64,000 nt of DNA from an uncultured Eubacteriales bacterium (GCA_934489735.1 CAKSSR010000009.1:4856-68855); one strand, 5' to 3'. Positions 33,246 to 43,996 are shown, counted from the stretch's first letter. The notes: a model not told the origin generated them from the letters alone. Program-made: numbers and translations.

Positions 33246-34262
33246 TTATTTATTGTCAACCCATTTGTTTTCTAAGAAGTTACCGTCACTATCGCATGAT
33301 GCAAATGACTTAATATACTTAGTTTTTCCAGGCGTTTTCAATTCGAACTCTGCAGTTCCGTCACCTTTACTTAACGATAAGTTAGATGGCTTTGCAAAAG
33401 TTCTCAAATTGTATTCGGAATCATAGTTATGCGATCCAAAGGATGCACCTATGCATTTACATTCCTTATGAATGTTATTATACCTAAAGTACAAGTCTAC
33501 ATATCCTTTCGATACGCAGTTATTATTTGAATCATAATATATTTTTCTAATTCTTTGAGTCACATATTTATAATCGGTATCTTTTTTCATTTTATTATAT
33601 CTATTATCTATCTTACTTATAATTACTCTTTCAGAAGATTTGTCTTTATTCACATTTTTCGTGTCCGATATAATAGTCTCGTTGCTTGAAGCTGGATTGT
33701 TCTCATCAGCATTTAAGCATTCAAAGCCTCTGCCATATAGATTTATTTCTCCAGTTGGGGTGCATGATATGTCTACGTTAGCATCATTTATACGTCTTTG
33801 TTCCTTAAATGAAAAATTCTCATATAAAATGAAGTCATTGCTTGAAATCATTTGATTTGCGCTTCTTCGTATCGACTTTGTGCTTACTGTTTTATACTTT
33901 TTCGGTAAGTTCTCGCTAACGACGCAATCGACTTTGTTATTTTTGATTGCCACGTAGTTGTTTTTATCATAAACAAAGGTAAAAGTTATAGAGTTTTTAT
34001 TAATCGGTACGTCTATATCGGATATTGAGAAAGAATTGTTTATTGAAATTGTCTTCTCATATAAAGGTCCGTTGTCACCTTTTACATCGGTACATTCCTT
34101 TTCTTCTAGTACCCAGCCTGATATATTATAATTTATTCCATTTGAACAATCGGTTATGTCTAATTGTTCCTTCTCTGATATTCCATTGACCGTGGATATT
34201 CCAAAGCAAATAAATATGAAAAACATAATAGGTATTATAAATTTTTTCATATAATCAATCAT
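33246..34262 (-). CDS. secreted Cys-containing protein of unknown function
   Basis: Signal peptide MKKFIIPIMFFIFICFGISTVNG (an alternative ATG is at 34250). No motif recognised. It lies 10 nt downstream of the PLC-like gene. Confidence 0.6.
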   Translation of the reverse strand: MIDYMKKFIIPIMFFIFICFGISTVNGISEKEQLDITDCSNGINYNISGWVLEEKECTDVKGDNGPLYEKTISINNSFSISDIDVPINKNSITFTFVYDKNNYVAIKNNKVDCVVSENLPKKYKTVSTKSIRRSANQMISSNDFILYENFSFKEQRRINDANVDISCTPTGEINLYGRGFECLNADENNPASSNETIISDTKNVNKDKSSERVIISKIDNRYNKMKKDTDYKYVTQRIRKIYYDSNNNCVSKGYVDLYFRYNNIHKECKCIGASFGSHNYDSEYNLRTFAKPSNLSLSKGDGTAEFELKTPGKTKYIKSFASCDSDGNFLENKWVDNK

Positions 34263-34271
34263 TCCCTTCTA

Positions 34272-35000
34272 TTATTTAATGTCTTCATAGAATCTGTATA
34301 ATATTCCGCATACTGAATGTTGAGCATTTAGTACAGAGTTCTCAGCTACTTCTTCCGGAGATAAGTACTTATGCCTTAACATACCAAAGTTGTTATTGGC
34401 AGACCAAGCACAGTTCTTACCGATCTCTTCTAACGAAGTATATTTGTAATATTCTAGTTGATTTTTCTCTATTTCTACTATATGTCTCGTGCACACATCG
34501 TCACATTTGCTTTCAAATTTGACGTGGCTTAAGAAGTTTACTCCTGCATCTAGATAACTTTTATTATTCGTATGCACAGGCGTGTTTAAATCTTCCATAT
34601 AATGAATGGCCCTGCCGAGAAGTTCCATTCCCTTCTTTTTGTTGCCGTTTACGCATAGGGTCACTGCGTTATTGTAATGATTACAAAATCTTCTTAATGC
34701 TGAATCTTCCTCGCCATTAAAGTTTAATTCCGTTACTGGATTATAGAAGTGCCCTTTATATAATCCTTCTATTTCGTCTTCATCTGGCTTAGTGCAAGCA
34801 TCCAATAATATATCCCTTGCAGCCTTATCGTAAAAATCTTTAAATTTTGCATCGGTATTGTTAAGGACGTTTAATCCTATTGAAGTAGCATATATATGAG
34901 TGTAAGAAGCGAACCCCATACTGCTAGAAAAAGTTAATAAAAATAAAGCAATTGTTGATATTAAGTAAATAATGCTCTTTTTTACTGAGTTTAACAACAT
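34272..35000 (-). CDS. zinc-dependent phospholipase C family protein
   Basis: Start ATG 35000 with an AAGGAGG RBS (the track ORF extends to 35171). Signal peptide present. Motifs DACTKPDEDE...GHFYNP and AIHYMEDLNTPVHT (zinc-ligand pattern). Confidence 0.75.
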   Translation of the reverse strand: MLLNSVKKSIIYLISTIALFLLTFSSSMGFASYTHIYATSIGLNVLNNTDAKFKDFYDKAARDILLDACTKPDEDEIEGLYKGHFYNPVTELNFNGEEDSALRRFCNHYNNAVTLCVNGNKKKGMELLGRAIHYMEDLNTPVHTNNKSYLDAGVNFLSHVKFESKCDDVCTRHIVEIEKNQLEYYKYTSLEEIGKNCAWSANNNFGMLRHKYLSPEEVAENSVLNAQHSVCGILYRFYEDIK

Positions 35001-35211
35001 ATTACCAACCTCCTTTTTAATATTATATAATATGTTAGAATTGAATAATGTTACGATAAGCCAACAATTAATATTATAACATAAAATCAGCAACTTGTAA
35101 ACACAAAATATGAAAAATATATAAAAATTTTTGAGACGGGATGGGAAAGGGAACAAAATGACTATTATCATTTATCTTTGATTATCATATTATAACTATA
35201 AAAGGTAAAGG

Positions 35212-35739
35212 GTGATGCAAATGTTTGATAAAATTAGAGAACATTTAGAATTTATTAAGGAAATGGATCCTTCAAATAAATCAAAGCTTAGCATATACTT
35301 GTTAAGCCCAGGGTATAAGGCTTACAAATATTATAAATTGTCTAGCTGGTTTTACCGTCATGGTATGAAATTTATAGCAGAATTCACCTCAATGAGGGCA
35401 AGAAGAAAGACGGGAATAGAAATACATCCAGGGGCAAAGATAGGGAAGAACTTATTTATTGACCATGGCATGGGAGTCGTAATAGGACAGACGACAGAAA
35501 TAGGAGATAATTGCATAATATATCATGGGGTGACATTGGGATCGAACGGAAAAGAAGTGGGGAAACGACATCCGACAGTAGGGGACAACGTTTTGATAGG
35601 AGCAGGTGCAAAAGTATTAGGATCATTTAAAATCGGAGATGGAGCGAAAATAGCAGCAGGGGCAGTAGTCTTAAACGAAGTACCAGAAAATACTACAGTA
35701 GTAGGAATTCCTGCGGTTGCGGTAGAAAAAGTTAAGTAA
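35212..35739 (+). CDS. cysE: serine O-acetyltransferase
   Basis: Left-handed beta-helix hexapeptide repeats: [43 protein letters not shown]. Confidence 0.88.
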   Translation: MMQMFDKIREHLEFIKEMDPSNKSKLSIYLLSPGYKAYKYYKLSSWFYRHGMKFIAEFTSMRARRKTGIEIHPGAKIGKNLFIDHGMGVVIGQTTEIGDNCIIYHGVTLGSNGKEVGKRHPTVGDNVLIGAGAKVLGSFKIGDGAKIAAGAVVLNEVPENTTVVGIPAVAVEKVK

Positions 35740-35850
35740 ATGTTGCTTGACTATGATAAATAAAGAGAGTAAAATAAATTTGACAATCAAAATTTAACTT
35801 TATAAATGGGTATACTATATACTATATGTAAAGTATTCGAGGTGATTATA

Positions 35851-37254
35851 ATGAAATTGTATAATACTCTTACTAGAAAGAAAGAAGAATTTATTCCAAT
35901 AGAACCGAAAAAGGTAAAAATGTATGCTTGTGGTCCAACAGTTTATAACTACATTCATATAGGAAATGCAAGACCAATTTGTATTTTTGACGTCTTGAGA
36001 AGATATTTTGAATATATTGGATATGAAGTTACGTTTGTTCAGAATTTTACAGATATAGATGATAAAATAATCAGGAAAGCTAAGGAAGAGGGCAGCGATT
36101 ATATACAAGTATCCAAGAAATATATAGAAGAATATAAGAAAGATGCTCAGGGACTTAACGTTAGAGAAGCAACAGTTCACCCATTGGCAACCGAAAATAT
36201 GGACGAGATAATAGATATAATATCAAATTTAGTAGAAAAAGGATATGCATATAGGGCAGACAATGGAGATGTTTACTTTTCGCCAGCTAAATTTAACGAA
36301 TATGGCAAGCTGTCACATCAACCTATTGAAGACTTGAAAGCTGGGGCAAGAATTGAGGTTGGAGACATAAAGAAAGAAGCAATGGACTTTGCTCTTTGGA
36401 AAGCAGCAAAAGAAGGGGAACCTTACTGGGAGTCACCATTTAGTAAAGGAAGACCAGGATGGCATATAGAATGTTCAGCGATGGCTAGGAAATATTTAGG
36501 GAAGACTATAGACATCCATTGCGGAGGGCAAGACTTGATATTCCCACATCATGAAAATGAGATAGCGCAAAGCGAATGTTGTAACGGAGTAGAGTTCGCT
36601 CATTACTGGTTGCATAACGGATATATAAACGTAGACAACAAGAAAATGTCAAAGTCTCTTAACAATTTCTTTACAGTTAGAGAAGTGTCAGACAAATATG
36701 GATACGAACCAATTAAATACTTGATGATCTCTTCACATTACAGAAGTCCGATAAATTATAGTGAAGATATAATAAAGCAATGCGTGTCTTCGTTAGAAAG
36801 ACTTTACAATTTTAAAGACAATATGAAGTTTTTAATAAATAATACAGCCGAAGGTGAAGAGGATATTGAAATATCGAAGACAATAGACTCATTTAAGGAA
36901 CAATTTATATCAGCAATGGATGACGATTTTAATACAGCTGATGCACTATCGGCTATCTATTCATTGATAAGATATATAAATACGGAAGTAGTTCCTAACA
37001 AACCATCTAAGAATGTATATGAACATGCATTGAAATTGTTTACGGAATTATGTGACGTTTTAGGAATTGTTTATAAAAAAGACAACGATGATGAAGAATT
37101 GAATAAAAAAATAGAGAAAATGATAGAGGAAAGAACGATAGCAAGAAAGAATAAGGACTGGAAAAAGTCAGATGAGATAAGAGATCAGCTTAAAGAAATG
37201 AATGTAATAATAGAAGATACCCCTCTGGGAATGAAGTGGAAGTTCGCTAAATAG
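35851..37254 (+). CDS. cysS: cysteine--tRNA ligase
   Basis: ATG 35851 after GAGGTGA (the track ORF starts at 35806). CGPTVYNYIHIGNAR (HIGH) and KMSKS motifs. Confidence 0.93.
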   Translation: MKLYNTLTRKKEEFIPIEPKKVKMYACGPTVYNYIHIGNARPICIFDVLRRYFEYIGYEVTFVQNFTDIDDKIIRKAKEEGSDYIQVSKKYIEEYKKDAQGLNVREATVHPLATENMDEIIDIISNLVEKGYAYRADNGDVYFSPAKFNEYGKLSHQPIEDLKAGARIEVGDIKKEAMDFALWKAAKEGEPYWESPFSKGRPGWHIECSAMARKYLGKTIDIHCGGQDLIFPHHENEIAQSECCNGVEFAHYWLHNGYINVDNKKMSKSLNNFFTVREVSDKYGYEPIKYLMISSHYRSPINYSEDIIKQCVSSLERLYNFKDNMKFLINNTAEGEEDIEISKTIDSFKEQFISAMDDDFNTADALSAIYSLIRYINTEVVPNKPSKNVYEHALKLFTELCDVLGIVYKKDNDDEELNKKIEKMIEERTIARKNKDWKKSDEIRDQLKEMNVIIEDTPLGMKWKFAK

Positions 37255-37401
37255 TAAAAAGATATGAAAAAGTTTTTATCAAGGATAAAAATGGTTGAAT
37301 ATTTGATGTAAATGTGCTAGAATGTTTTAGGTTGAGCTAGGACTGGTATGAAATGATTTGAATTAGTCTTAGGTTAATTAATATATAATGATTAAAAGGA
37401 T

Positions 37402-38865
37402 GTGATGTTGATTATGAATTCGATAGAAAATCTTAGTATGCTTATGGATTTTTATGAATTGACTATGGTAAATGGCTTGTTTAAGAATGATATGCAAGAC
37501 AAGATTGTTTATTTTGATATGTTTTTTAGAAAAGTGCCAGACAACGGTGGATATGTAATATTCGCAGGGCTTGAACAATTGATAGATTATATAAAAAATT
37601 TATCATTTTCTGAAGAAGATCTAGAATATCTCAAGTCAAAGGGAGTATGTGATGAGAAATTTATAGACGCATTAAGAAATTTCAAGTTCAAGTGTGATAT
37701 TTGGTCTGTACCAGAAGGCACTGTTGTATTTCCTCAGGAGCCATTGATAACAGTTAGGGGACCAGTATTTCAAGCGCAGCTTATAGAAACTATGTTATTG
37801 TTAATAATAAACCATCAAAGTTTAATAGCAACTAAAGCAAATAGAATAGTCAGGGCAGCTCATGGAAGAGAAGTAATGGAATTCGGTGCAAGAAGGGCAC
37901 AAGGGGCTAGCAGTTCTATATATGGAGCAAGGGCAGCATATATAGGAGGATGCTCTTCTACATCGAATGCTATATGCGATTTAAAGTTTAATATAAAAGC
38001 AGTAGGAACAATGGCACACAGCTGGGTACAATTGTTTGATACTGAACTAGATGCGTTTAAAGCATATGCAAGAGCATATCCAGACAAATGTATGCTATTG
38101 GTAGATACGTATGACACTTTAAAATCAGGACTTCCAAATGCAATAAAGACATTTAATGAAGAAGTATTGACAAGAGGATGCAGACCAATTGGAATAAGGA
38201 TAGACAGCGGAGACATCTCTTATTTATCCATTAAGGCGAGAGAGATGTTGGATGAGGCTGGATTTGAAGACAGTAAGATTTGCGTCTCCAACTCACTTGA
38301 TGAACATATCATCAAAAACCTATTGGAAGAAGGGGCAAAGATAGATTCTTTTGGAGTGGGTGAGAAATTAATTACATCTGCATCAGATCCTACATTTGGA
38401 GGAGTATATAAGTTATGTGCGGTTGAAAGAGATGATGGCAGCATTGAACCGAAGATAAAAATAAGCAATAATGTGAGTAAGGTTACCATTCCAGGAGTAA
38501 AGTCTGTTTGGAGATTATATGATAGATCTACGAATAAATCTATAGCTGATTTGATTACTTTACGTGAAGAAGTGATAAATGACAACGAACCGTATATGAT
38601 ATTTGACCCAGACCATCCATGGAAGAAGAAAATTGTAGAAAATTTTAGAGCAGTAGATATAAGGAAACAAATATTTAAGAATGGCCAATGCATATATGAT
38701 AAATTAAATATAGATAATATAAGAGAGTATGCAAAAGATCAAGTAAATACTTTGTGGGAAGAAGTGACGAGATTTAAAAATCCACATACGTATTACGTAG
38801 ATTTATCTGAAAAGTTATGGACGAGCAAGAATAAAATTATATCTGACATCAGATCAATTATGTAA
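37402..38865 (+). CDS. pncB: nicotinate phosphoribosyltransferase
   Basis: LLMDFYELTM N-terminus, GTMAHSWVQ and DSGD. The precise start is uncertain (37402 or 37414). Confidence 0.88.
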   Translation: MMLIMNSIENLSMLMDFYELTMVNGLFKNDMQDKIVYFDMFFRKVPDNGGYVIFAGLEQLIDYIKNLSFSEEDLEYLKSKGVCDEKFIDALRNFKFKCDIWSVPEGTVVFPQEPLITVRGPVFQAQLIETMLLLIINHQSLIATKANRIVRAAHGREVMEFGARRAQGASSSIYGARAAYIGGCSSTSNAICDLKFNIKAVGTMAHSWVQLFDTELDAFKAYARAYPDKCMLLVDTYDTLKSGLPNAIKTFNEEVLTRGCRPIGIRIDSGDISYLSIKAREMLDEAGFEDSKICVSNSLDEHIIKNLLEEGAKIDSFGVGEKLITSASDPTFGGVYKLCAVERDDGSIEPKIKISNNVSKVTIPGVKSVWRLYDRSTNKSIADLITLREEVINDNEPYMIFDPDHPWKKKIVENFRAVDIRKQIFKNGQCIYDKLNIDNIREYAKDQVNTLWEEVTRFKNPHTYYVDLSEKLWTSKNKIISDIRSIM

Positions 38866-38943
38866 ATAATGATATAAAGTAAAAATCGGGAACGAAAGAG
38901 AGGACGCTGCTTATAAATGAAAATCAATAAGTGGTAATTACAT

Positions 38944-39816
38944 ATGGTTGATATAAATAAAGATAGGAAGATAATCTTAAGTGCAGACAGTGCTTGCGAT
39001 TTAGGTAAAGAATATAAAGAAAAGTATGGCTTAAATTATTATCCATTTTATATAATAGAAGGAAATAGTCAATATAGAGATGGGGAGGACATAACTCCTG
39101 ATGACATATATAAGATTTATTATGAAAAAAAGATAATTCCTAAGACAGCAGCAGTAGGAGTTTGGGAATACAGTGAATACTTTAAAAGATTCGTCAATAT
39201 GGGATACGATGTCATCCATGTAAATTTAAGTTCAGAAATATCATCAGCATATCAGAATTGTGTCAGTGCAGCTAAGGAAATAGGACATGTTTATCCTATT
39301 GATTCTAAGAATCTATCAGTTGGATTTGGAGAATTGGTAATAGAAATATCAAAATTGATAGAAAAAGGTATGGACGTACAAGAAATTTTAACAGAGGCTG
39401 AAGAGATAAAGAAGAAAATATCAATGAGCTTTATTCTAGATACTCTTGAATTTATGAAGGCGGGTGGAAGATGTTCAATGATTGCTGCTCTAGGGGCAAA
39501 TTTATTGAAGATAAAACCATGTGTAGAAGTAAATAATCAGACAGGTAAGATGAACATTGGAAAGAAATACAGAGGAGACATAGACAAAGTAGTAGTAAAT
39601 TATATAAATGATATATTACTTTCTAAGAAAAATGTGGATTTGGAATCAGTTTTTATCGTTCATTCAGGAGTGAATAAGAAATTATTAGATATAGCTAAGA
39701 ATACTGTGAGAAAAGGCTTGGGATTAAAGAAAGATGTAAGCATTTTTAGAGCGAATTGTACAATATCATCACATTGTGGTCCAAATACAATAGGATTATC
39801 ATTTAGAACTATTTAA
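38944..39816 (+). CDS. DegV family fatty-acid-binding protein
   Basis: IILSADSACDL N-terminus, 290 aa, typical DegV layout. Confidence 0.85.
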   Translation: MVDINKDRKIILSADSACDLGKEYKEKYGLNYYPFYIIEGNSQYRDGEDITPDDIYKIYYEKKIIPKTAAVGVWEYSEYFKRFVNMGYDVIHVNLSSEISSAYQNCVSAAKEIGHVYPIDSKNLSVGFGELVIEISKLIEKGMDVQEILTEAEEIKKKISMSFILDTLEFMKAGGRCSMIAALGANLLKIKPCVEVNNQTGKMNIGKKYRGDIDKVVVNYINDILLSKKNVDLESVFIVHSGVNKKLLDIAKNTVRKGLGLKKDVSIFRANCTISSHCGPNTIGLSFRTI

Positions 39817-39837
39817 TCGAGAGAGGAAGACGAGTAA

Positions 39838-40668
39838 ATGTTGAGAGTTGGATGCCATTTATCTTCATCAAAGGGATATGAAAATATGGGATTAGAAGCA
39901 TTATCAATAGATGCAAATACCTTTCAGTTTTTCACGAGGAATCCTAGAGGTGGCAAGGCGAAAGCAATAGATAAAGATGACATAGGCAGATTAAATGAGT
40001 TGATGATAGAAAAAGATATAAAGAAAATAGTCGCACATGCGCCATATACGGTAAATGTATGTTCAGCTAAAGAAAATGTTAGAAAATTTGCTGTGGATGC
40101 TATGGCAGATGATTTAAAAAGAATGGAATACTTGCCGGGGAACATGTATAACTTTCATCCAGGTAGTCATGTTGGTCAAGGCGTGGATAGAGGAATTGAA
40201 TTAATTGTAGAAGCATTAAATAAAATATTAAAGCCACAACAGAGCACGTGTGTCTTATTAGAGACTATGGCAGGGAAAGGAACGGAACTGGGATCTAAAT
40301 TTTCAGAAATTCGAAGAATAATTGATAAAGTGGATCTAGATAATAAACTGGGAGTGTGTTTGGATACCTGCCATGTATTTGATGCTGGCTATGACATAGT
40401 GAATGATTTAGATGGAGTGCTAGAGGAATTTGATAAAGTGATAGGTTTAGACAGACTAAAGGCAATCCATTTGAACGATAGTATGAATTCAATTGGAAGT
40501 CATAAAGATAGACATCAAAAGTTGTCTCAGGGCTATATTGGTAAGGAAGCAATAGCAAATATTATAAACCATGAAAAACTAAAAGACTTACCATTTATCC
40601 TTGAGACTCCTAATGATATTTCAGGATATAAAGAAGAAATAAGAATGCTAAGAGAATTAAAATTTTGA
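39838..40668 (+). CDS. nfo: deoxyribonuclease IV (endonuclease IV)
   Basis: [13 protein letters not shown]..., [28 protein letters not shown] and HLNDS motifs. Confidence 0.9.
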   Translation: MLRVGCHLSSSKGYENMGLEALSIDANTFQFFTRNPRGGKAKAIDKDDIGRLNELMIEKDIKKIVAHAPYTVNVCSAKENVRKFAVDAMADDLKRMEYLPGNMYNFHPGSHVGQGVDRGIELIVEALNKILKPQQSTCVLLETMAGKGTELGSKFSEIRRIIDKVDLDNKLGVCLDTCHVFDAGYDIVNDLDGVLEEFDKVIGLDRLKAIHLNDSMNSIGSHKDRHQKLSQGYIGKEAIANIINHEKLKDLPFILETPNDISGYKEEIRMLRELKF

Positions 40669-40688
40669 TAAAGAGGGAATGATTTTAT

Positions 40689-42371
40689 ATGATGGAAGAA
40701 GTAAAAGAAGAGAGAAAAGAAAGTAATTTCATAGAAGATATAATAAATGAAGATATTAAGACTGGAAAGATAGATGAAAATAATAAAGTGCATACAAGAT
40801 TTCCACCGGAACCTAACGGATATTTACACATAGGTCATGCGAAAGCAATCTGCATTGACTTTGGTATGGCAAAGAAGTATAACGGAGTATGTAATTTAAG
40901 AATGGATGATACAAATCCGACGAAAGAAGACGTTGAGTACGTAGATTCTATTAAAGAAGATATAAAATGGTTGGGATTTGATTGGGGAGACAGGTTTTAT
41001 TATGCATCAGAATACTTTGAGGATATGTATAATTACGCTTGTGAACTGATAGACAAAGGATTGGCTTACGTCTGTGAACTATCCCCAGAAGAAGTAAGAA
41101 AGAATAGAGGAGATTTGACAACTCCTGCAATAAGCCCTTACAGAGACAGACCTAAAGAAGAAAGTTTAGATTTATTTAAAAGAATGAGGGCAGGTGAGTT
41201 TGAGGATTCTAAAATGACACTTAGAGCAAAAATTGACTTAGGCTCAGGTAATTTTAACATGAGGGATCCAGTTATATATAGGATTAATAGAGCCCATCAC
41301 CATAGGACAGGAAATGAATGGTGCATTTATCCGATGTATGACTTTGCTCACCCGATAGAGGATGCAATTGAAGGGATAACTCATTCTTTATGCTCATTAG
41401 AATTTGAAGATCATAGACCGTTATATGACTGGGTTGTTAATAATATATCAATAGAGAGCAAACCGAGACAAATAGAATTTGCAAGACTTGGTATAAACAA
41501 CACAGTTATGAGCAAAAGGAAGCTCAGGGAACTAGTTGAGAAGAAAATAGTCAGCGGCTGGGACGACCCAAGAATGCCAACGTTATGTGGATTGAGAAGA
41601 AGAGGTTATACTCCTGCATCAATAAGAAATTTCTGCGAAAGAATAGGCGTAGCTAAAGTAAATAGTATAGTTGACTATGGATTTTTAGAGCATTGCTTAA
41701 GAGAAGACTTAAATATGAATGCACAGAGAGTAATGGGAGTTTTAAGACCAATAAAACTTATTATAACAAATTACGAAGAGGGCAAAGAAGAAGTATTTGA
41801 AACCGAGAATAATCCTAACAAACCAGAAGATGGCACGAGAAAAATAACATTTTCAAGAGAGCTATATATAGAGAGAGACGACTTCATGAAAGAGCCTGTA
41901 AAGGGATACTTCAGGTTGTATCCAGGTAATGAAGTAAGATTGAAGACGACATATATAATAAAGTGCACAGGCTTTAAGGAAGATGATGACGGAAACGTGA
42001 CAGAAGTTTATGCGGAATATGATCCAGAAACAAGGGGAGGAAATGCTCCTGACGGCAGGAAGATAAAGGGTACCATACATTGGGTCAATGCAAGCACAGC
42101 TGTTGATGCGACCGTGAACTTATATGAAAATTTATTCACTGTGCCTGATCCAGACAGTGGAGATAAGAATTTTATGGATTATTTGAACCCACATTCATTA
42201 GAAGTATTAAGAAATTGCAAAGTAGAACCATTTGTAAGAGAGAATAAAGAATGTAGGGCATATCAATTTATGAGATTGGGATACTTTTGCTTAGATAAAG
42301 ATAGCAAAGACAATGATATTATATTTAACAGATCAGTGTCATTGAAAGACAGTTTTAAGAAAAAGCAGTAA
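40689..42371 (+). CDS. glnS: glutamine--tRNA ligase
   Basis: RFPPEPNGYLHIGHAK (HIGH), VMSKRKL (KMSKS-like), 560 aa. Confidence 0.92.
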   Translation: MMEEVKEERKESNFIEDIINEDIKTGKIDENNKVHTRFPPEPNGYLHIGHAKAICIDFGMAKKYNGVCNLRMDDTNPTKEDVEYVDSIKEDIKWLGFDWGDRFYYASEYFEDMYNYACELIDKGLAYVCELSPEEVRKNRGDLTTPAISPYRDRPKEESLDLFKRMRAGEFEDSKMTLRAKIDLGSGNFNMRDPVIYRINRAHHHRTGNEWCIYPMYDFAHPIEDAIEGITHSLCSLEFEDHRPLYDWVVNNISIESKPRQIEFARLGINNTVMSKRKLRELVEKKIVSGWDDPRMPTLCGLRRRGYTPASIRNFCERIGVAKVNSIVDYGFLEHCLREDLNMNAQRVMGVLRPIKLIITNYEEGKEEVFETENNPNKPEDGTRKITFSRELYIERDDFMKEPVKGYFRLYPGNEVRLKTTYIIKCTGFKEDDDGNVTEVYAEYDPETRGGNAPDGRKIKGTIHWVNASTAVDATVNLYENLFTVPDPDSGDKNFMDYLNPHSLEVLRNCKVEPFVRENKECRAYQFMRLGYFCLDKDSKDNDIIFNRSVSLKDSFKKKQ

Positions 42372-42449
42372 AAGCTTTGTAAATTTAAAAAATGATAAAG
42401 GTGAGAGATGAATTGTGCTTCCAGCTATTAATAAAAGTAATCGATTGAT

Positions 42450-42558
42450 TCATGAGTTAGTGGAAGAACCGTAGGAACTACGGGGATAGCTTGGTAAATA
42501 TCTTTCCGTTAGGAGAGAGTTCCCAAGAACCCTGCGACTTTAGTCGTGGGAGGTTCAG
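42450..42558 (+). repeat. 109-nt structured repeat element, copy 2
   Basis: Identical to 8392..8500 except C42545 versus T8487. It ends 49 nt before ATG 42608. Confidence 0.85.
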
Positions 42559-42607
42559 TAAAATATTGAAGGAAATCTTTAAAGTAAATTGAGAGGGAAT
42601 TAAAATT

Positions 42608-43597
42608 ATGACAAAAAGATTTTTAAATTGTACAGTAATAGGATTAATTGTAATATCAGCTATGTCAATGTCTTTTGAATCGTTTGCTGAATCGGATAAC
42701 AAGCTTGAAAAAGAACAACCTAGCCAGAAGTTCTTTGAAGAGGTATGTAAGAATTATGGCGTGAGTAATCAAGAAGAATTGATTTGTGCTCTAGAAAATA
42801 GCAGGCCTTATGATAATATAGTATTGAAAAATGATATAAAACTTGATAGAAGTATAAATATTGATAAGAGCATACAAATAGATTTAAACGACCATGTGTT
42901 GACCGTTGATGAAAGCAGTGAAGCGAAGATAATTTGTGGAAACAAGAAACTAATGGGCGTGAGTTCGTATACAGTTTACAAGCCGGGATATTACGAGAGG
43001 CAATATGTATATAGCACGGATAGAAACAAGAGACCGGAAGTTAAGTTGATATATCATCCAGGTTATAATGAAGTAAAATATAGTAACTCATATTCTTATA
43101 AAGATAATGTAGAAGTAACCTTTAGGAACGGAGCAGTAGTAAAAGAGAATGCAAAAGATGGAGCAAATAAGAATAATGACGTCTCTGATGCAAATGGAGA
43201 CAACGGCCTGGATGGAAAGAATTTAATAGAATTGATGTCTGGTAATATAATTTTAGATAAAGCTGTAATCAAAGGAGCAAATGGTGGAAGCGGCGGTAAC
43301 GGAGGATATCAAAAGTTATGGCACATACCGTTTTTCGGCGGCGGAGATGGCGGCAGAGGAGGCAAAGGCGGCAACGGAGGAAGCGCTATTCAAATCCAAA
43401 GACCTAATTTAAAGATAATATTAAAGAATCGTAGTGCGATCATGGGAGGAAAAGGCGGAAGAGGTGGACAAGGAAGCGAACCGAATCCGAACTATTACTT
43501 ATGGTCAGGAAAAAGAGGGACGGATGGATCAAATGGTTATCACAGTTTAGGATCAAATATGATGTCAAATGTAGATGATTCTAAAAATTTTAATTAA
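42608..43597 (+). CDS. secreted protein with glycine-triplet-rich C-terminal region
   Basis: Signal peptide present. N-terminal part IVLKNDIKLDRSINIDKSIQIDLNDHVL. C-terminal runs of GGX triplets: GANGGSGGNGGY, GGDGGRGGKGGNGGS, GGKGGRGGQGSE and GKRGTDGSNGY. Confidence 0.7.
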   Translation: MTKRFLNCTVIGLIVISAMSMSFESFAESDNKLEKEQPSQKFFEEVCKNYGVSNQEELICALENSRPYDNIVLKNDIKLDRSINIDKSIQIDLNDHVLTVDESSEAKIICGNKKLMGVSSYTVYKPGYYERQYVYSTDRNKRPEVKLIYHPGYNEVKYSNSYSYKDNVEVTFRNGAVVKENAKDGANKNNDVSDANGDNGLDGKNLIELMSGNIILDKAVIKGANGGSGGNGGYQKLWHIPFFGGGDGGRGGKGGNGGSAIQIQRPNLKIILKNRSAIMGGKGGRGGQGSEPNPNYYLWSGKRGTDGSNGYHSLGSNMMSNVDDSKNFN

Positions 43598-43699
43598 ATT
43601 AAAGAATTGATTAGATCGACGAATAAAAGCTTATATAAAAGCAGATAATATTATTGGCACTGAAGATATTAAGTGCAATAATTTATGAGGTGATTATAT

Positions 43700-43867
43700 A
43701 TGAGCGGAAAACAAGCTAATTCAAGTATAAAATGTAGTGTCAACAAGTGCAAAAATCATTGCGGATGTGAGAACTATTGCTCTCTTAACTCAGTTGTGAT
43801 AGGGACACATGAAGCAGATCCAACAGTATGTCAATGTGTAGACTGCGAATCTTTTGAAGCTAAATAG
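43700..43867 (+). CDS. DUF1540-like small Cys-rich protein (55 aa)
   Basis: My own translation: MSGKQANSSIKCSVNKCKNHCGCENYCSLNSVVIGTHEADPTVCQCVDCESFEAK. GAGGTGA RBS. It falls below the track length cut-off. Confidence 0.65.
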   Translation: MSGKQANSSIKCSVNKCKNHCGCENYCSLNSVVIGTHEADPTVCQCVDCESFEAK

Positions 43868-43996
43868 AAAAACATTAGAAATGTTTAATCCAAGTTAAGA
43901 AAATTAGCTTGGATTTTTCTATTTGTTATCATAAGGTAAGTAATTTTAGCATATAGATTTATCGTAGAAGAAATTACTTGAGGAGGAAGTAATATT

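Noticed and set aside
35740-35850. T-box leader upstream of cysS (and upstream of glnS at 40669..40688)
   Set aside because: The gaps are only about 110 nt and about 20 nt. No specifier-loop/T-box sequence (AAnnnGGGTGGTACCGCG-like) or terminator/antiterminator pair is visible.
37298-37401. Possible riboswitch or NiaR operator in the pncB leader (hairpin CTAGGACT...AGTCTTAG and direct TTAGGTT repeats after a TTGAAT-17-TAGAAT promoter)
   Set aside because: I could not match it to the NAD-related riboswitch or NiaR-box consensus from memory. It is kept only as an unremarkable leader hairpin.
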